In this document: positions 38,505 to 46,980 of the stretch, one piece after another | Layout: each line of letters begins with the position of its first letter | Numbering within the stretch: the first letter of the stretch is position 1 | Source of the DNA: a virus | IMG/VR virus record: IMGVR_UViG_3300045988_173593 | Span: 1-64,000 of that record | Length of the DNA: 64,000 bases | Strand: one strand, 5' to 3' | Position numbers and translations under genes: made by a program | Notes under the pieces: generated by a model | Databases searched by the model: none | What the model was told of the DNA's origin: nothing | Seen by the model: the letters and a program-made list of their open reading frames with translations, nothing else

Positions 38505-39947
38505 TCACCCCACGTTTCCGGCGGCAACCACAATGATCTTTCTGTTCGAGTATTCGCCGAGCAGAAAATACCCGGTCAGGTCGTAAAGATGGTCTTCCTG
38601 CGTTGTGTCTACATCATCCGGGTCGCGCTGGCTTCTCTGAAGCACTGGAACAGTCCTGATAAAGTTCCGGCAGTGATCGAAAACAAACAGCCCCGGGTCG
38701 GCATCGCGTTCAATTGCCCCCGTCAGCCTGTCTCGAAGAAAAGTAAGCATCTGGTGCCGTGTTCCAGGAGCCTTGCTGCACGGTTTGAAGAATACTCCGT
38801 AATCCTCAAATTGTTTGGCAACAGTAGACTGCGAAGCGGACGATGAAGCAAAAATTGCGGAGTCGGCAATGCTTTCATGCACATGATACCCCAGCATTTT
38901 CTCTGTTTCCCTGATCCGTTCCGCACGGTCACGGATCGTTGATTTGTCGCCTTCGTTTGGTTTTCCTGTGGATCCGTAAAGTTCCTGAATCAGGAACGCA
39001 TCGCCGGGAATCGTAGGACGCCGTTCTCCGCTTGGCAGAACATAATCGGTTCCGTCCGACACGGCGAACCATCCAACCGCCCACGGGTGCGAATTTCCGT
39101 CATCGTAGCTTTTGACGATATACCACGAATCAGGAATACGGAATCTTGGCATGACATGAATTGATTCACGCCATAAGTCATCCACCGCGCCGCCGGCGGT
39201 GATGTTCCAGTCGCCTTCCAGCATCGCCTTGACAAGCCAGTCCTGTCCCAGACCTTTCAGACGGTTCGCATATTCTTCCTGGTTCAGCGAAGGATTGTCG
39301 GAAAGTTTCGCAGGAATGAACTGCCGGAGCATCCCGCCCTCTGCCGCCGGAGTCCGCCAGATTTCCCCGGCTGGCTGAGGATCAATGAACATCGCCTTGA
39401 CCCAGTTATGCCCCGGACCACCCGGATTGGAACCGCAAAGGATTTTCGGAAATGTCAGATTCGGGATCATTTTCACAACGGCGGGATCGGCTTTTATCTG
39501 CTTCGGAACACGGCATCTGCCTCGCAGAAACCGATATTGATATTCCGTGAAATGTGTCAGTTCGTCAATCATCAGAACCCCGATTTCCGCGCCCTGATAC
39601 TTCATCACGTCTTTTTCATATTGGCAGTGGCAGAGATGAATCACGCTTCCTGATTCCATGAATCGAATCTTAGGCGGTGCTGTCGTAATCTTGACTTTTC
39701 CGGATTCAACCTCGCTTGCAAGAAGACCGGGAAAACCGGTTTCCCCCTCGAAGTGGTTTTTCAGAAGATCGTCGCTCAACCTTCGGAACAAATAAACCTG
39801 CAACTCCCTCACGTTCATGCAGAGAAAGATTGCAAGGGCGCGGATCAGAAAACTTTTCCCCCCGCCGGCTGCCCCTCCGAATAAAATCTCGGTCGCGTCG
39901 CTTTTCAGAACTTCGCCCTGCCGTTTGTGCAGAATCAGATTACTCAT
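38505..39947 (-). CDS. terL: terminase large subunit
   Basis: Walker A GGAAGGGKS. Nuclease-domain Asp residues. Confidence 0.9.
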   Translation of the reverse strand: MSNLILHKRQGEVLKSDATEILFGGAAGGGKSFLIRALAIFLCMNVRELQVYLFRRLSDDLLKNHFEGETGFPGLLASEVESGKVKITTAPPKIRFMESGSVIHLCHCQYEKDVMKYQGAEIGVLMIDELTHFTEYQYRFLRGRCRVPKQIKADPAVVKMIPNLTFPKILCGSNPGGPGHNWVKAMFIDPQPAGEIWRTPAAEGGMLRQFIPAKLSDNPSLNQEEYANRLKGLGQDWLVKAMLEGDWNITAGGAVDDLWRESIHVMPRFRIPDSWYIVKSYDDGNSHPWAVGWFAVSDGTDYVLPSGERRPTIPGDAFLIQELYGSTGKPNEGDKSTIRDRAERIRETEKMLGYHVHESIADSAIFASSSASQSTVAKQFEDYGVFFKPCSKAPGTRHQMLTFLRDRLTGAIERDADPGLFVFDHCRNFIRTVPVLQRSQRDPDDVDTTQEDHLYDLTGYFLLGEYSNRKIIVVAAGNVG

Positions 39948-40848
39948 TTACTGCATCCTTTCGTTCAAACAGCGGAAGACTTTCGGCGAAAATCTCGTCC
40001 GAAAACCGCTTATGCAAAAACAAATGCTCCGTGGTCTTCCGGTTGTTATGTGTGCCACAGGTTGAAACCTTGTCCCTGCTCCAAACCGAGAAAAAATCAT
40101 CCGGCATCGCGTATTCCGAAACCCATACAGGGTAATCACGTGTCCGGAGCCAATCATAAAAACGGGAATAATCAAAGCAACCATCCTTATATTCCTTCGT
40201 CCCTCTGTATGGGATATCGCAGTAGACTACCGAATCATGCGGAATTTCAACAGACTGATAATCTAAGGAAAATATCTGTAAATTGCTTTCCATACTTTCC
40301 AGACTTTGCAGTCTTTTCAGATTTTCCAGACTTTGCAGACTTTGTAGGCGTCGCAGACTGTATTTCAGCTTGTCACGTAATTTCCACGTATCAGCATTCT
40401 TTGCAATGTTTTGTCTTGAAGCATCATCCGTATCAATCCCGAAGTCGCGTTTCAGCAACGAAAAATCGCCTAAGACACGTGCGTAATGCAGAGCCTTTTT
40501 CCACGGTTCGATTTTGCGCCCGTAGATATAAGAATGTCCATCGTTCCCGAAGCTCCAGCAAGTCCTGACATAAGTGTCCGTGTCTTTCAGACGCTCGAAG
40601 TTCTCGCGGCTGATCCAGCGTTTCTCGTTTCGGTATTTTCCGTTGATCGCATCCACAAACAGGCGCGGCATGTCTGGCGCAATGTCGTTGACGATGAACT
40701 TTTTATATTTCCCGCTGAGCATCGCCGCGTGAGTTACGGCGCAACCGCCGCAGAACAGATCGACAAAGTATTCTGCCGATGGCAGTTGTTCCACAATATC
40801 ACGGGCGATTCTGTTTTTGCTTCCCATATAGGGCATTCCATAATTCAT
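39940..40848 (-). CDS. N6-adenine DNA methyltransferase (Dam/D12-like)
   Basis: PYMGSK motif I and a DIPY motif IV. Confidence 0.8.
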   Translation of the reverse strand: MNYGMPYMGSKNRIARDIVEQLPSAEYFVDLFCGGCAVTHAAMLSGKYKKFIVNDIAPDMPRLFVDAINGKYRNEKRWISRENFERLKDTDTYVRTCWSFGNDGHSYIYGRKIEPWKKALHYARVLGDFSLLKRDFGIDTDDASRQNIAKNADTWKLRDKLKYSLRRLQSLQSLENLKRLQSLESMESNLQIFSLDYQSVEIPHDSVVYCDIPYRGTKEYKDGCFDYSRFYDWLRTRDYPVWVSEYAMPDDFFSVWSRDKVSTCGTHNNRKTTEHLFLHKRFSDEIFAESLPLFERKDAVNE

Positions 40849-40865
40849 AGAACATGCCCCCAGCG

Positions 40866-41399
40866 TCAGTTGTTTTCAATCGTAAGCGTGAAGCGGTCGG
40901 TTGTCTGAACTGAACCCGAAAGCTCTGTCTCCATCTTTTCGCTGTATCCGCGCCGTTTCCCTACGGTTTTCAGCAGAAAGAAGATTGCATCCTTGTCTCC
41001 TTCCCTGACAAGTTTCACCAGCTGGTTTTCGGCAAGGTCGATAATCGTTTCCTTCTGGCTTTGAAAGTAATCATTTGCTTCCGGAACCAAAGTCAGATAT
41101 TTTGCCGCTGTCATCCGGTCGATTCCGGCAAGCTGGGCAAGGGCTGTCATGATTCCGCCGCTTCTCTTGGCGCATTCGATGAATTTCTCTTTGCTGACTT
41201 TCATCCGAAAAGCACGCCCGCGCGATTGCTGATTTCCCGCAAGAAACCGACCATGTTCATCTCTCCACGGTTTCTGCTCTTCCGATCCTGTCGTTTCGGA
41301 TGTTGTCTTTTCTTTCTGAGAGTTCTTGACGGAAGAAGCCATCTTCTTCCCGGACGCAGTGGCATTTCTTTTCTGTTTGCTCATAACACATAATCCCAT
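40866..41399 (-). CDS. terS: terminase small subunit
   Basis: HTH-like GGIMTALAQLAGIDRMTAAKYL. Position before the methylase and TerL. Confidence 0.65.
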   Translation of the reverse strand: MGLCVMSKQKRNATASGKKMASSVKNSQKEKTTSETTGSEEQKPWRDEHGRFLAGNQQSRGRAFRMKVSKEKFIECAKRSGGIMTALAQLAGIDRMTAAKYLTLVPEANDYFQSQKETIIDLAENQLVKLVREGDKDAIFFLLKTVGKRRGYSEKMETELSGSVQTTDRFTLTIENN

Positions 41400-41480
41400 G
41401 ATTACAAGTTATCGCCGGAACGGATAAACAAAGCCTCATGCAGTGTTATTTCAACGTCTCCGGTTGTTTCTCTGCCATAT

Positions 41481-41495
41481 CCGGGATTGTCAATT
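41481..41495 (-). promoter_or_regulatory. CCGGGATTGTCAATT motif copy
   Basis: Upstream of TerS. Confidence 0.5.
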
Positions 41496-41606
41496 AAAAC
41501 ATCTTGCAATTGAATCAGTTCATGTGTTGCGTATTCATGGTACAATACATAAACATGTTTTTCTTTCCTGTAATCCCCCCTATAGTCCCCCCTTAATGGT
41601 TTTCAT

Positions 41607-41620
41607 AAATTGACAATCAG
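41607..41620 (+). promoter_or_regulatory. plus-orientation AAATTGACAATCAG motif before the + gene 41726
   Basis: Same TTGACAAT core, oriented with its downstream gene. Confidence 0.45.
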
Positions 41621-41725
41621 AGCTGTATGAGAATAGACGGCTTCCTCCTTCCGTTGACAAGGGCCGCTCGTGACTATGGCGGCCTTTTCTCCCATAGTCA
41701 ATTCATAGTTTGAGAAAAAAACATC

Positions 41726-42373
41726 ATGAAAGAACTTGTCAGGATTGAAGAATCCGTAATCGGAACTGAAAAACGGAAAACCGTAAACGCCCGCGACCTT
41801 TGGAAGGCTCTGGGAAGCAAACGCCAGTTTGGAAACTGGATTGAAGACCGTCTTTCCGAATTCATCGAAGAACAGGATTTCACCGTTAACAATTTTGTTA
41901 ACGGGCGCGATGCAAACGGAAGATTTACCGCGAAAGATTACCTTCTGACTCTCGACGTCGCCAAACATCTGGCAATGCTGGAACGCAACGATCAGGGACG
42001 CAGAATCCGACAGTATTTCATTGAGATCGAAAAAGCGTATCGGGAAGAGTCCCGCAAAGAATACGCCGATATCGCATTGCTTCTTGAGACAATCCGACGG
42101 CAGGAACGCGAGCTTTTCGCCGCTGAACTGGAGTTGAAGGAGTGGCGCAAACTTGCCCCGTCCTGCGAGCCGGGCGAAATTTCAAAAATCACGGGAATGC
42201 CGCGTAATTTCCTGCGCCGGGTATCAGCCACCAGCAAGCCGACGAAGCATTCTTATCACCGCTTGAAAATGGCTTTGGAGGAAGCGGAAAACATTCTCCC
42301 GGGCTTCTGCGAGGCTTTGGCATCCGGACGCATCCGGGCGGCTTCCGTTCCCGTGATTGAGTTCAAGCAATAA
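41726..42373 (+). CDS. AntA/AntB-type phage antirepressor
   Basis: VNARDLWKALGS...DYLLTLDVAKHLAM...RQYFIEIEKAY. Confidence 0.7.
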   Translation: MKELVRIEESVIGTEKRKTVNARDLWKALGSKRQFGNWIEDRLSEFIEEQDFTVNNFVNGRDANGRFTAKDYLLTLDVAKHLAMLERNDQGRRIRQYFIEIEKAYREESRKEYADIALLLETIRRQERELFAAELELKEWRKLAPSCEPGEISKITGMPRNFLRRVSATSKPTKHSYHRLKMALEEAENILPGFCEALASGRIRAASVPVIEFKQ

Positions 42374-42447
42374 ACACCCCTGGCAATAACGCAGGCACAA
42401 AAAAAAGCCGGGGAAATGCCCCGGCAAAATAAAAAAACTTGTTTTAA

Positions 42448-42876
42448 TCAGTCTTCCTTTTGTTCTTCCTCCTCCAGCCTCGGCGCGTCCATGATGTTCT
42501 CGACCGTTGGCTCGTAGTCCCATACGATACGGACAATACCGGAAAATTCGCGCGTAATCCCGTAAGCGGAGAATTTCCCGAACTGCTCGAACTTCTGCTC
42601 CCACTGACCGGAATCAAGCTTCACCGGCTTCTCGTCAATGACTTTCATGCTCCTGCCGCTTCCGATCTTGACAACATAATCTTTTTTGGCTGAGACAGGC
42701 AAATGCTTTAAAAGCGACCGCGCCGACCGGACGGAAGCCGCCTTTTTAGCGTTTTGCTGACTGGCTGCCTTGCAGTTGGGATCGGTTGATCTTTTAGCCC
42801 TTGCCTTAGCCAGGTTTGCAAGTTGTGCAGCTTTTAGAGCCGGTGTCACTGTACGTTTAGATTTACCTTTTGGCAT
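42448..42876 (-). CDS. hypothetical basic protein
   Basis: ORF. Confidence 0.45.
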   Translation of the reverse strand: MPKGKSKRTVTPALKAAQLANLAKARAKRSTDPNCKAASQQNAKKAASVRSARSLLKHLPVSAKKDYVVKIGSGRSMKVIDEKPVKLDSGQWEQKFEQFGKFSAYGITREFSGIVRIVWDYEPTVENIMDAPRLEEEEQKED

Positions 42877-43108
42877 GAATAATACCCCCTTATGTTATTT
42901 TGATAATATGGCTAAACTATAACATATAGCATATTGTTGCATTTGTCAAGCATTCAACCCCTTAAAAATCTTTTTTTCAAACTTTTTTAGCCTCAAAACT
43001 AAAAAAAACGGATTTTTTTTGATTTTGGACTTGCAATGTATTATTTTAGATGTATATTAGCCTCATAACAAGAACAAAAGACAAACAAAATAAAAAGGAG
43101 ACGGAAAA

Positions 43109-43387
43109 ATGGATACACTTACAGCAATCAAACTGCCGGTTATGACAGGCACCCCGAAACAGATTGCATGGGCGGAAAGTATCAGACAATCAATTGTAGA
43201 TCAGTTTTTTGCGGTTGCCGATTATGCTAGAACGCATGAGCTTACACAAGCGCAGAGAGATTTTTTCGAGTTTGGGAAGTCAGTGTTCAAAAAAATCATT
43301 AACGAAACATCCGCTAAGTTTTGGATTGATAACAGGTTTAACACTCTCAAAGATTTTGTTAATGAGGCAAAAAAGGAAAATGCATGA
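43109..43387 (+). CDS. hypothetical protein
   Basis: RBS AAAGGAGA. Confidence 0.45.
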   Translation: MDTLTAIKLPVMTGTPKQIAWAESIRQSIVDQFFAVADYARTHELTQAQRDFFEFGKSVFKKIINETSAKFWIDNRFNTLKDFVNEAKKENA

Positions 43388-43431
43388 ACAACCACGCCGG
43401 AGAAACCCCGGCATAACATGGAGAAAGAAAA

Positions 43432-43764
43432 ATGATGAAAGAAGAATTTGAACAGTTAGCGATGAGGGGACACGGAACGATCACTGCCATGCTGTATGAC
43501 GCAATCGAAAGCTATTACATCTCGGACAGCTACTATCATCAGCAGTTCGGCGGACAGAATGAGAATAAGTTTTCGTTCGTAAAACGTGTCTTCGGCGGCA
43601 AAGTGAATACTCCGAAAAGCATCATGAAGAAGATCACTTCCGAAGCCATCCGAGCAAACCGCTGGTGCTTGCGGAATCACAACCTGACAGAGCAAGAACT
43701 AAAGCAGATGGACGAAAGACTTACGGATCATTATCAATTCCTTGCGACATGCAACTATCTTTAA
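43432..43764 (+). CDS. hypothetical protein
   Basis: ORF. Confidence 0.45.
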   Translation: MMKEEFEQLAMRGHGTITAMLYDAIESYYISDSYYHQQFGGQNENKFSFVKRVFGGKVNTPKSIMKKITSEAIRANRWCLRNHNLTEQELKQMDERLTDHYQFLATCNYL

Positions 43765-43900
43765 CAACCCCGCCGGGGCGGTAAAACCCCGGTACTTAAC
43801 ACTAATCAAATTATAAGAAGTTACCAAAATGACAAGCCTTGCATTATGTTATTTAAATATTATATTAACTAAAAAAGGCAACAAAATAAAGAGGTGAATC

Positions 43901-44485
43901 ATGATTACAATCAAATTTATGGATGATAGAAAGTCGATTGAGATAGACGCTGAAACAATTGTCGAAGCATTAGAAACGGCGCTCTCTGATGGTGTTGACT
44001 TACGCCATGTAGACTTGCGCGGGGCTTGCTTGACCGGTGTTGACTTGCGCGATGCCTGCTTGCGCGGGGCTTGCTTGACCGATGCTGACGTTAGCTATGC
44101 TGAGTTGATCGGGGCTGATTTGACCGGTGCTGAGTTGACCCGTGCTGATTTGACCGGTACTGATTTGACCGATGCCTGCTTGACCGATGCTTGCTTGCGC
44201 CATGCTTGCTTGCGCCGTGCTTGCTTGACCCGTACTGATTTGACCGGTACTGATTTGACCGATGCCTGCTTGACCGATGCTTGCTTGATCAATGCTGATC
44301 TGCTCGGGGCCTGCTTGACCGATGCTGACGTTAGCTATGCTGATTTGACCGGTGCTGATTTAACCCGTGCTGATTTGACCGGTGCTGATTTGACCCATGC
44401 TGATTTGAGCGGTGCCCGCTTGACCGATGCTTGCTTGATCGATGCTTGCTTGATCGATGCCTGCTTGACCGGTGCAATTCGATAA
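43901..44485 (+). CDS. pentapeptide-repeat protein
   Basis: Dozens of A(D/C)L(T/R)x pentapeptides. RBS AAAGAGGTG. Confidence 0.75.
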   Translation: MITIKFMDDRKSIEIDAETIVEALETALSDGVDLRHVDLRGACLTGVDLRDACLRGACLTDADVSYAELIGADLTGAELTRADLTGTDLTDACLTDACLRHACLRRACLTRTDLTGTDLTDACLTDACLINADLLGACLTDADVSYADLTGADLTRADLTGADLTHADLSGARLTDACLIDACLIDACLTGAIR

Positions 44486-44503
44486 ATAGAGTGGAAACGA
44501 AAA

Positions 44504-44704
44504 ATGAAACAGAACCGCGTAATCTTGGGAATAATCGTAAACGGAGAGCTTTACAGAGGAGGCGCTGCCGCATCGCTGGCCGCATACGAAATTAATAGAA
44601 TTTCAGGAAAGCATGTGACATATAGCAAGGATATCCAGAACCGCCTTGATAAAACAGGCCATGCAACTATTCACGGATGTAACGTAAGTTACTATTACCT
44701 GTGA
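44504..44704 (+). CDS. hypothetical small protein
   Basis: ORF. Confidence 0.35.
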   Translation: MKQNRVILGIIVNGELYRGGAAASLAAYEINRISGKHVTYSKDIQNRLDKTGHATIHGCNVSYYYL

Positions 44705-44742
44705 GCAAAACTATATTATAACAATCACAAGGAGAACAAATT

Positions 44743-45102
44743 ATGCGTTGTCTTATCATTCGCGCCCCGTTTGCAGGGGAAATAGTCGACGGAGAAAAGC
44801 CCGTGGAATTTCGGAAGCGTCATACCCGAATACGTGAGAGGATCGGCATTATCGAGGCAGGAACAGGAACGGTAATCGGCGAGTGTGATCTTGTAGACTC
44901 AATAGACAGAAGCGATTATGATGATGATTACTGCGTCGGCTGGGTCTGCTTGCGCCCCTTGAGATATGCAGAGCCCAAGCCCTACATACACCCAAACGGC
45001 GCTCAGCAGTGGGTTAACGTGCCGATAGAGCCGGAACAGGCTTACAGCTCTAAAATAACAGCAAAACAATACGATAACGCATATAATTATACGGATTGTT
45101 AA
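44743..45102 (+). CDS. hypothetical protein (possibly ASCH/PUA-like)
   Basis: ORF. Weak motif resemblance. Confidence 0.4.
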   Translation: MRCLIIRAPFAGEIVDGEKPVEFRKRHTRIRERIGIIEAGTGTVIGECDLVDSIDRSDYDDDYCVGWVCLRPLRYAEPKPYIHPNGAQQWVNVPIEPEQAYSSKITAKQYDNAYNYTDC

Positions 45103-45146
45103 GGGTAGTAAGGCCGCGAATCTGCAATAAGTAGCGTCTTTGGTTG

Positions 45147-45914
45147 TTACTGATTTTTAGTCGGTCTTCCAAAGGCGTCTTTTTTTGTTGTTTCAAGTTT
45201 TAAGCCTAATTTTTCCGCCAGTTCCTCCCCTGATATGTATTTCTCTTTTGCGTTTAATTGAAATCCGGTGATAAATTTATTCATGTTTTCAGGCGTATCA
45301 AAAACGATAACCCGGTAATAATCTTCGTTTTCAAGATTTTTATATTTCGCCATTGCGTCTTTACGCTTCTTCTTCATCTCGTTGATTTTTTCAACATCAG
45401 ACTGAACTTCTTCAGGCAGATCATAACCGTTGATTTTTGAAAGCTCAGTTTCGTTGAACATGATTTCAATATCCGCCTGGGTGAATCCGACGTCTGCAAA
45501 CTCGACCCCGTCATCAATAAATAAATCCGCAAGTTTACTGTAATCGAAAACTCCTTGCATATTTGGATTATTCAGGCGGATATTCAATTTGCGTTCCATT
45601 TTGTCATCAACGTCAATAGCCAGAACATCGAGTTCATAATCTTTTGTCTTCATGAGTTCATCAAGTACGGATAATCTTTGATGACCCCCTACAACGTTTC
45701 CAGTGCGCTGATTCCACACAATCGCATTCGCCAGCCCTTCCTTTACGCTTTTTTTTAGCTTTTTCCGGCTTTCATCATCTATTTCTCGCGGGTTATATTC
45801 CGCCTCATGCAGTTGTGACCTATGGACACGTTGCGGTGTAAATATTTGATATTTGCATAGTTTATTAACTTGTTCAGCTGTTTCGTTAAACTCATTTTTT
45901 TTATTGTTGGACAT
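45147..45914 (-). CDS. ParB/Srx-like nuclease domain protein
   Basis: GGHQR motif context. RBS AGGAGAGG before MSNNKK. Confidence 0.65.
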   Translation of the reverse strand: MSNNKKNEFNETAEQVNKLCKYQIFTPQRVHRSQLHEAEYNPREIDDESRKKLKKSVKEGLANAIVWNQRTGNVVGGHQRLSVLDELMKTKDYELDVLAIDVDDKMERKLNIRLNNPNMQGVFDYSKLADLFIDDGVEFADVGFTQADIEIMFNETELSKINGYDLPEEVQSDVEKINEMKKKRKDAMAKYKNLENEDYYRVIVFDTPENMNKFITGFQLNAKEKYISGEELAEKLGLKLETTKKDAFGRPTKNQ

Positions 45915-46590
45915 AAGAACCTCTCCTGTATTGAAAAACATCACGCGCGTGAATAACATTTGCCAACGGGAATTTATTTTCGACCTTTGCCCAGTCATCC
46001 GGGTAATAGGATTGAAGCATTATTTGAGCATCAGGAAAAAAAGGACAGCTTAAGCTTCGTTCGGAAAACTGATATTCTGTAGGCGGCAATATCTTGTTGA
46101 GTTTCAGATATTGAAAAACTTTACTGCTGTTCCAAAACGCCAGCGGAAATAGTTTTGAATGCTTATAATCCACCCCTCCGTGCTCATTTATCATTGCTTG
46201 TCTTTCTATGCTTTCATACGCCATCATCCCGTATGCAATCCAGTTACATTGAAAAAAATCACGGACATAATTTTCAATATCAGAAAAATATATTTTAGGC
46301 ACACGGGAAAGCTCAATGCTTTTGTGCATATATTTTTGCTCTTTATAAATATCACTCAGCTCAAAATGCGGAACATGCAGAATTTTTACCCTATAACGGT
46401 TTTCAATATACCGGAAATAATTGTCCTGAAGAGTGCAATGATCCACATAATACATATAGAATACATATACCGTTCTGAAATACTTTTTGCACAAATCAAG
46501 AAGACAGACGCTATCTTTTCCGCCGCTGAAACCTACAATGATTTTTTGAGTTTCGCACTGTCCTTTTTTTATGACATCATACAAATCCAT
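45901..46590 (-). CDS. PAPS-reductase-like PP-loop ATP pyrophosphatase
   Basis: VGFSGGKDS P-loop. Confidence 0.7.
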   Translation of the reverse strand: MDLYDVIKKGQCETQKIIVGFSGGKDSVCLLDLCKKYFRTVYVFYMYYVDHCTLQDNYFRYIENRYRVKILHVPHFELSDIYKEQKYMHKSIELSRVPKIYFSDIENYVRDFFQCNWIAYGMMAYESIERQAMINEHGGVDYKHSKLFPLAFWNSSKVFQYLKLNKILPPTEYQFSERSLSCPFFPDAQIMLQSYYPDDWAKVENKFPLANVIHARDVFQYRRGSYVQQ

Positions 46591-46623
46591 AAGAACCTTA
46601 TATATAATTCAAACTTTAATAAC

Positions 46624-46645
46624 AAAAGAGCTTTAAAGCTCTTTT
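46624..46645. terminator. bidirectional terminator AAAAGAGCTTTAAAGCTCTTTT
   Basis: Perfect hairpin with flanking runs. Confidence 0.55.
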
Positions 46646-46656
46646 GTTAATTGATC

Positions 46657-46773
46657 TCAAAGCGTCAATGCATACATCACGCGTCCATATTCTCTCTCAC
46701 GTCTTGTCTGCCACGCTTTCCGGGCAGCTCTACGCCTTGCCGCTCTTTTTGCTTTTGCTTTTTCACTCGCCAT
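46657..46773 (-). CDS. 38-aa highly basic small protein (MASEKAKAKRAARRRAARKAWQ...)
   Basis: RBS CAGGAGATAATT. Below the ORF-track length cutoff. Confidence 0.3.
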   Translation of the reverse strand: MASEKAKAKRAARRRAARKAWQTRREREYGRVMYALTL

Positions 46774-46823
46774 AATTATCTCCTGTTTTTTGCCATCATC
46801 ACCATGATAACGGCTTATACTTA

Positions 46824-46840
46824 CCCAGGATTGTCAATTT
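46824..46840 (-). promoter_or_regulatory. CCAGGATTGTCAATTT motif copy
   Basis: Upstream of the small basic gene. Confidence 0.5.
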
Positions 46841-46980
46841 GAGAATAGGCTGCATTCGGAAATATTCATGCAGAAACGGCGGTTTGTTCTTGTCTTTTGC
46901 TCAATGAAGGGAAAAAATATTGACGCATCGTGTATCTTTGAACGTAGAAAAAAAAATCTGAAAAAAATACAATTTTTCTT

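Noticed and set aside
10752-46840. TTGACAATCCGGG copies as ordinary sigma70 promoters
   Set aside because: There is no consistent -10 hexamer at 16-18 bp spacing. The host uses canonical TTGACA/TATAAT promoters elsewhere (22195, 30316), so the motif more likely needs a phage factor or is an operator
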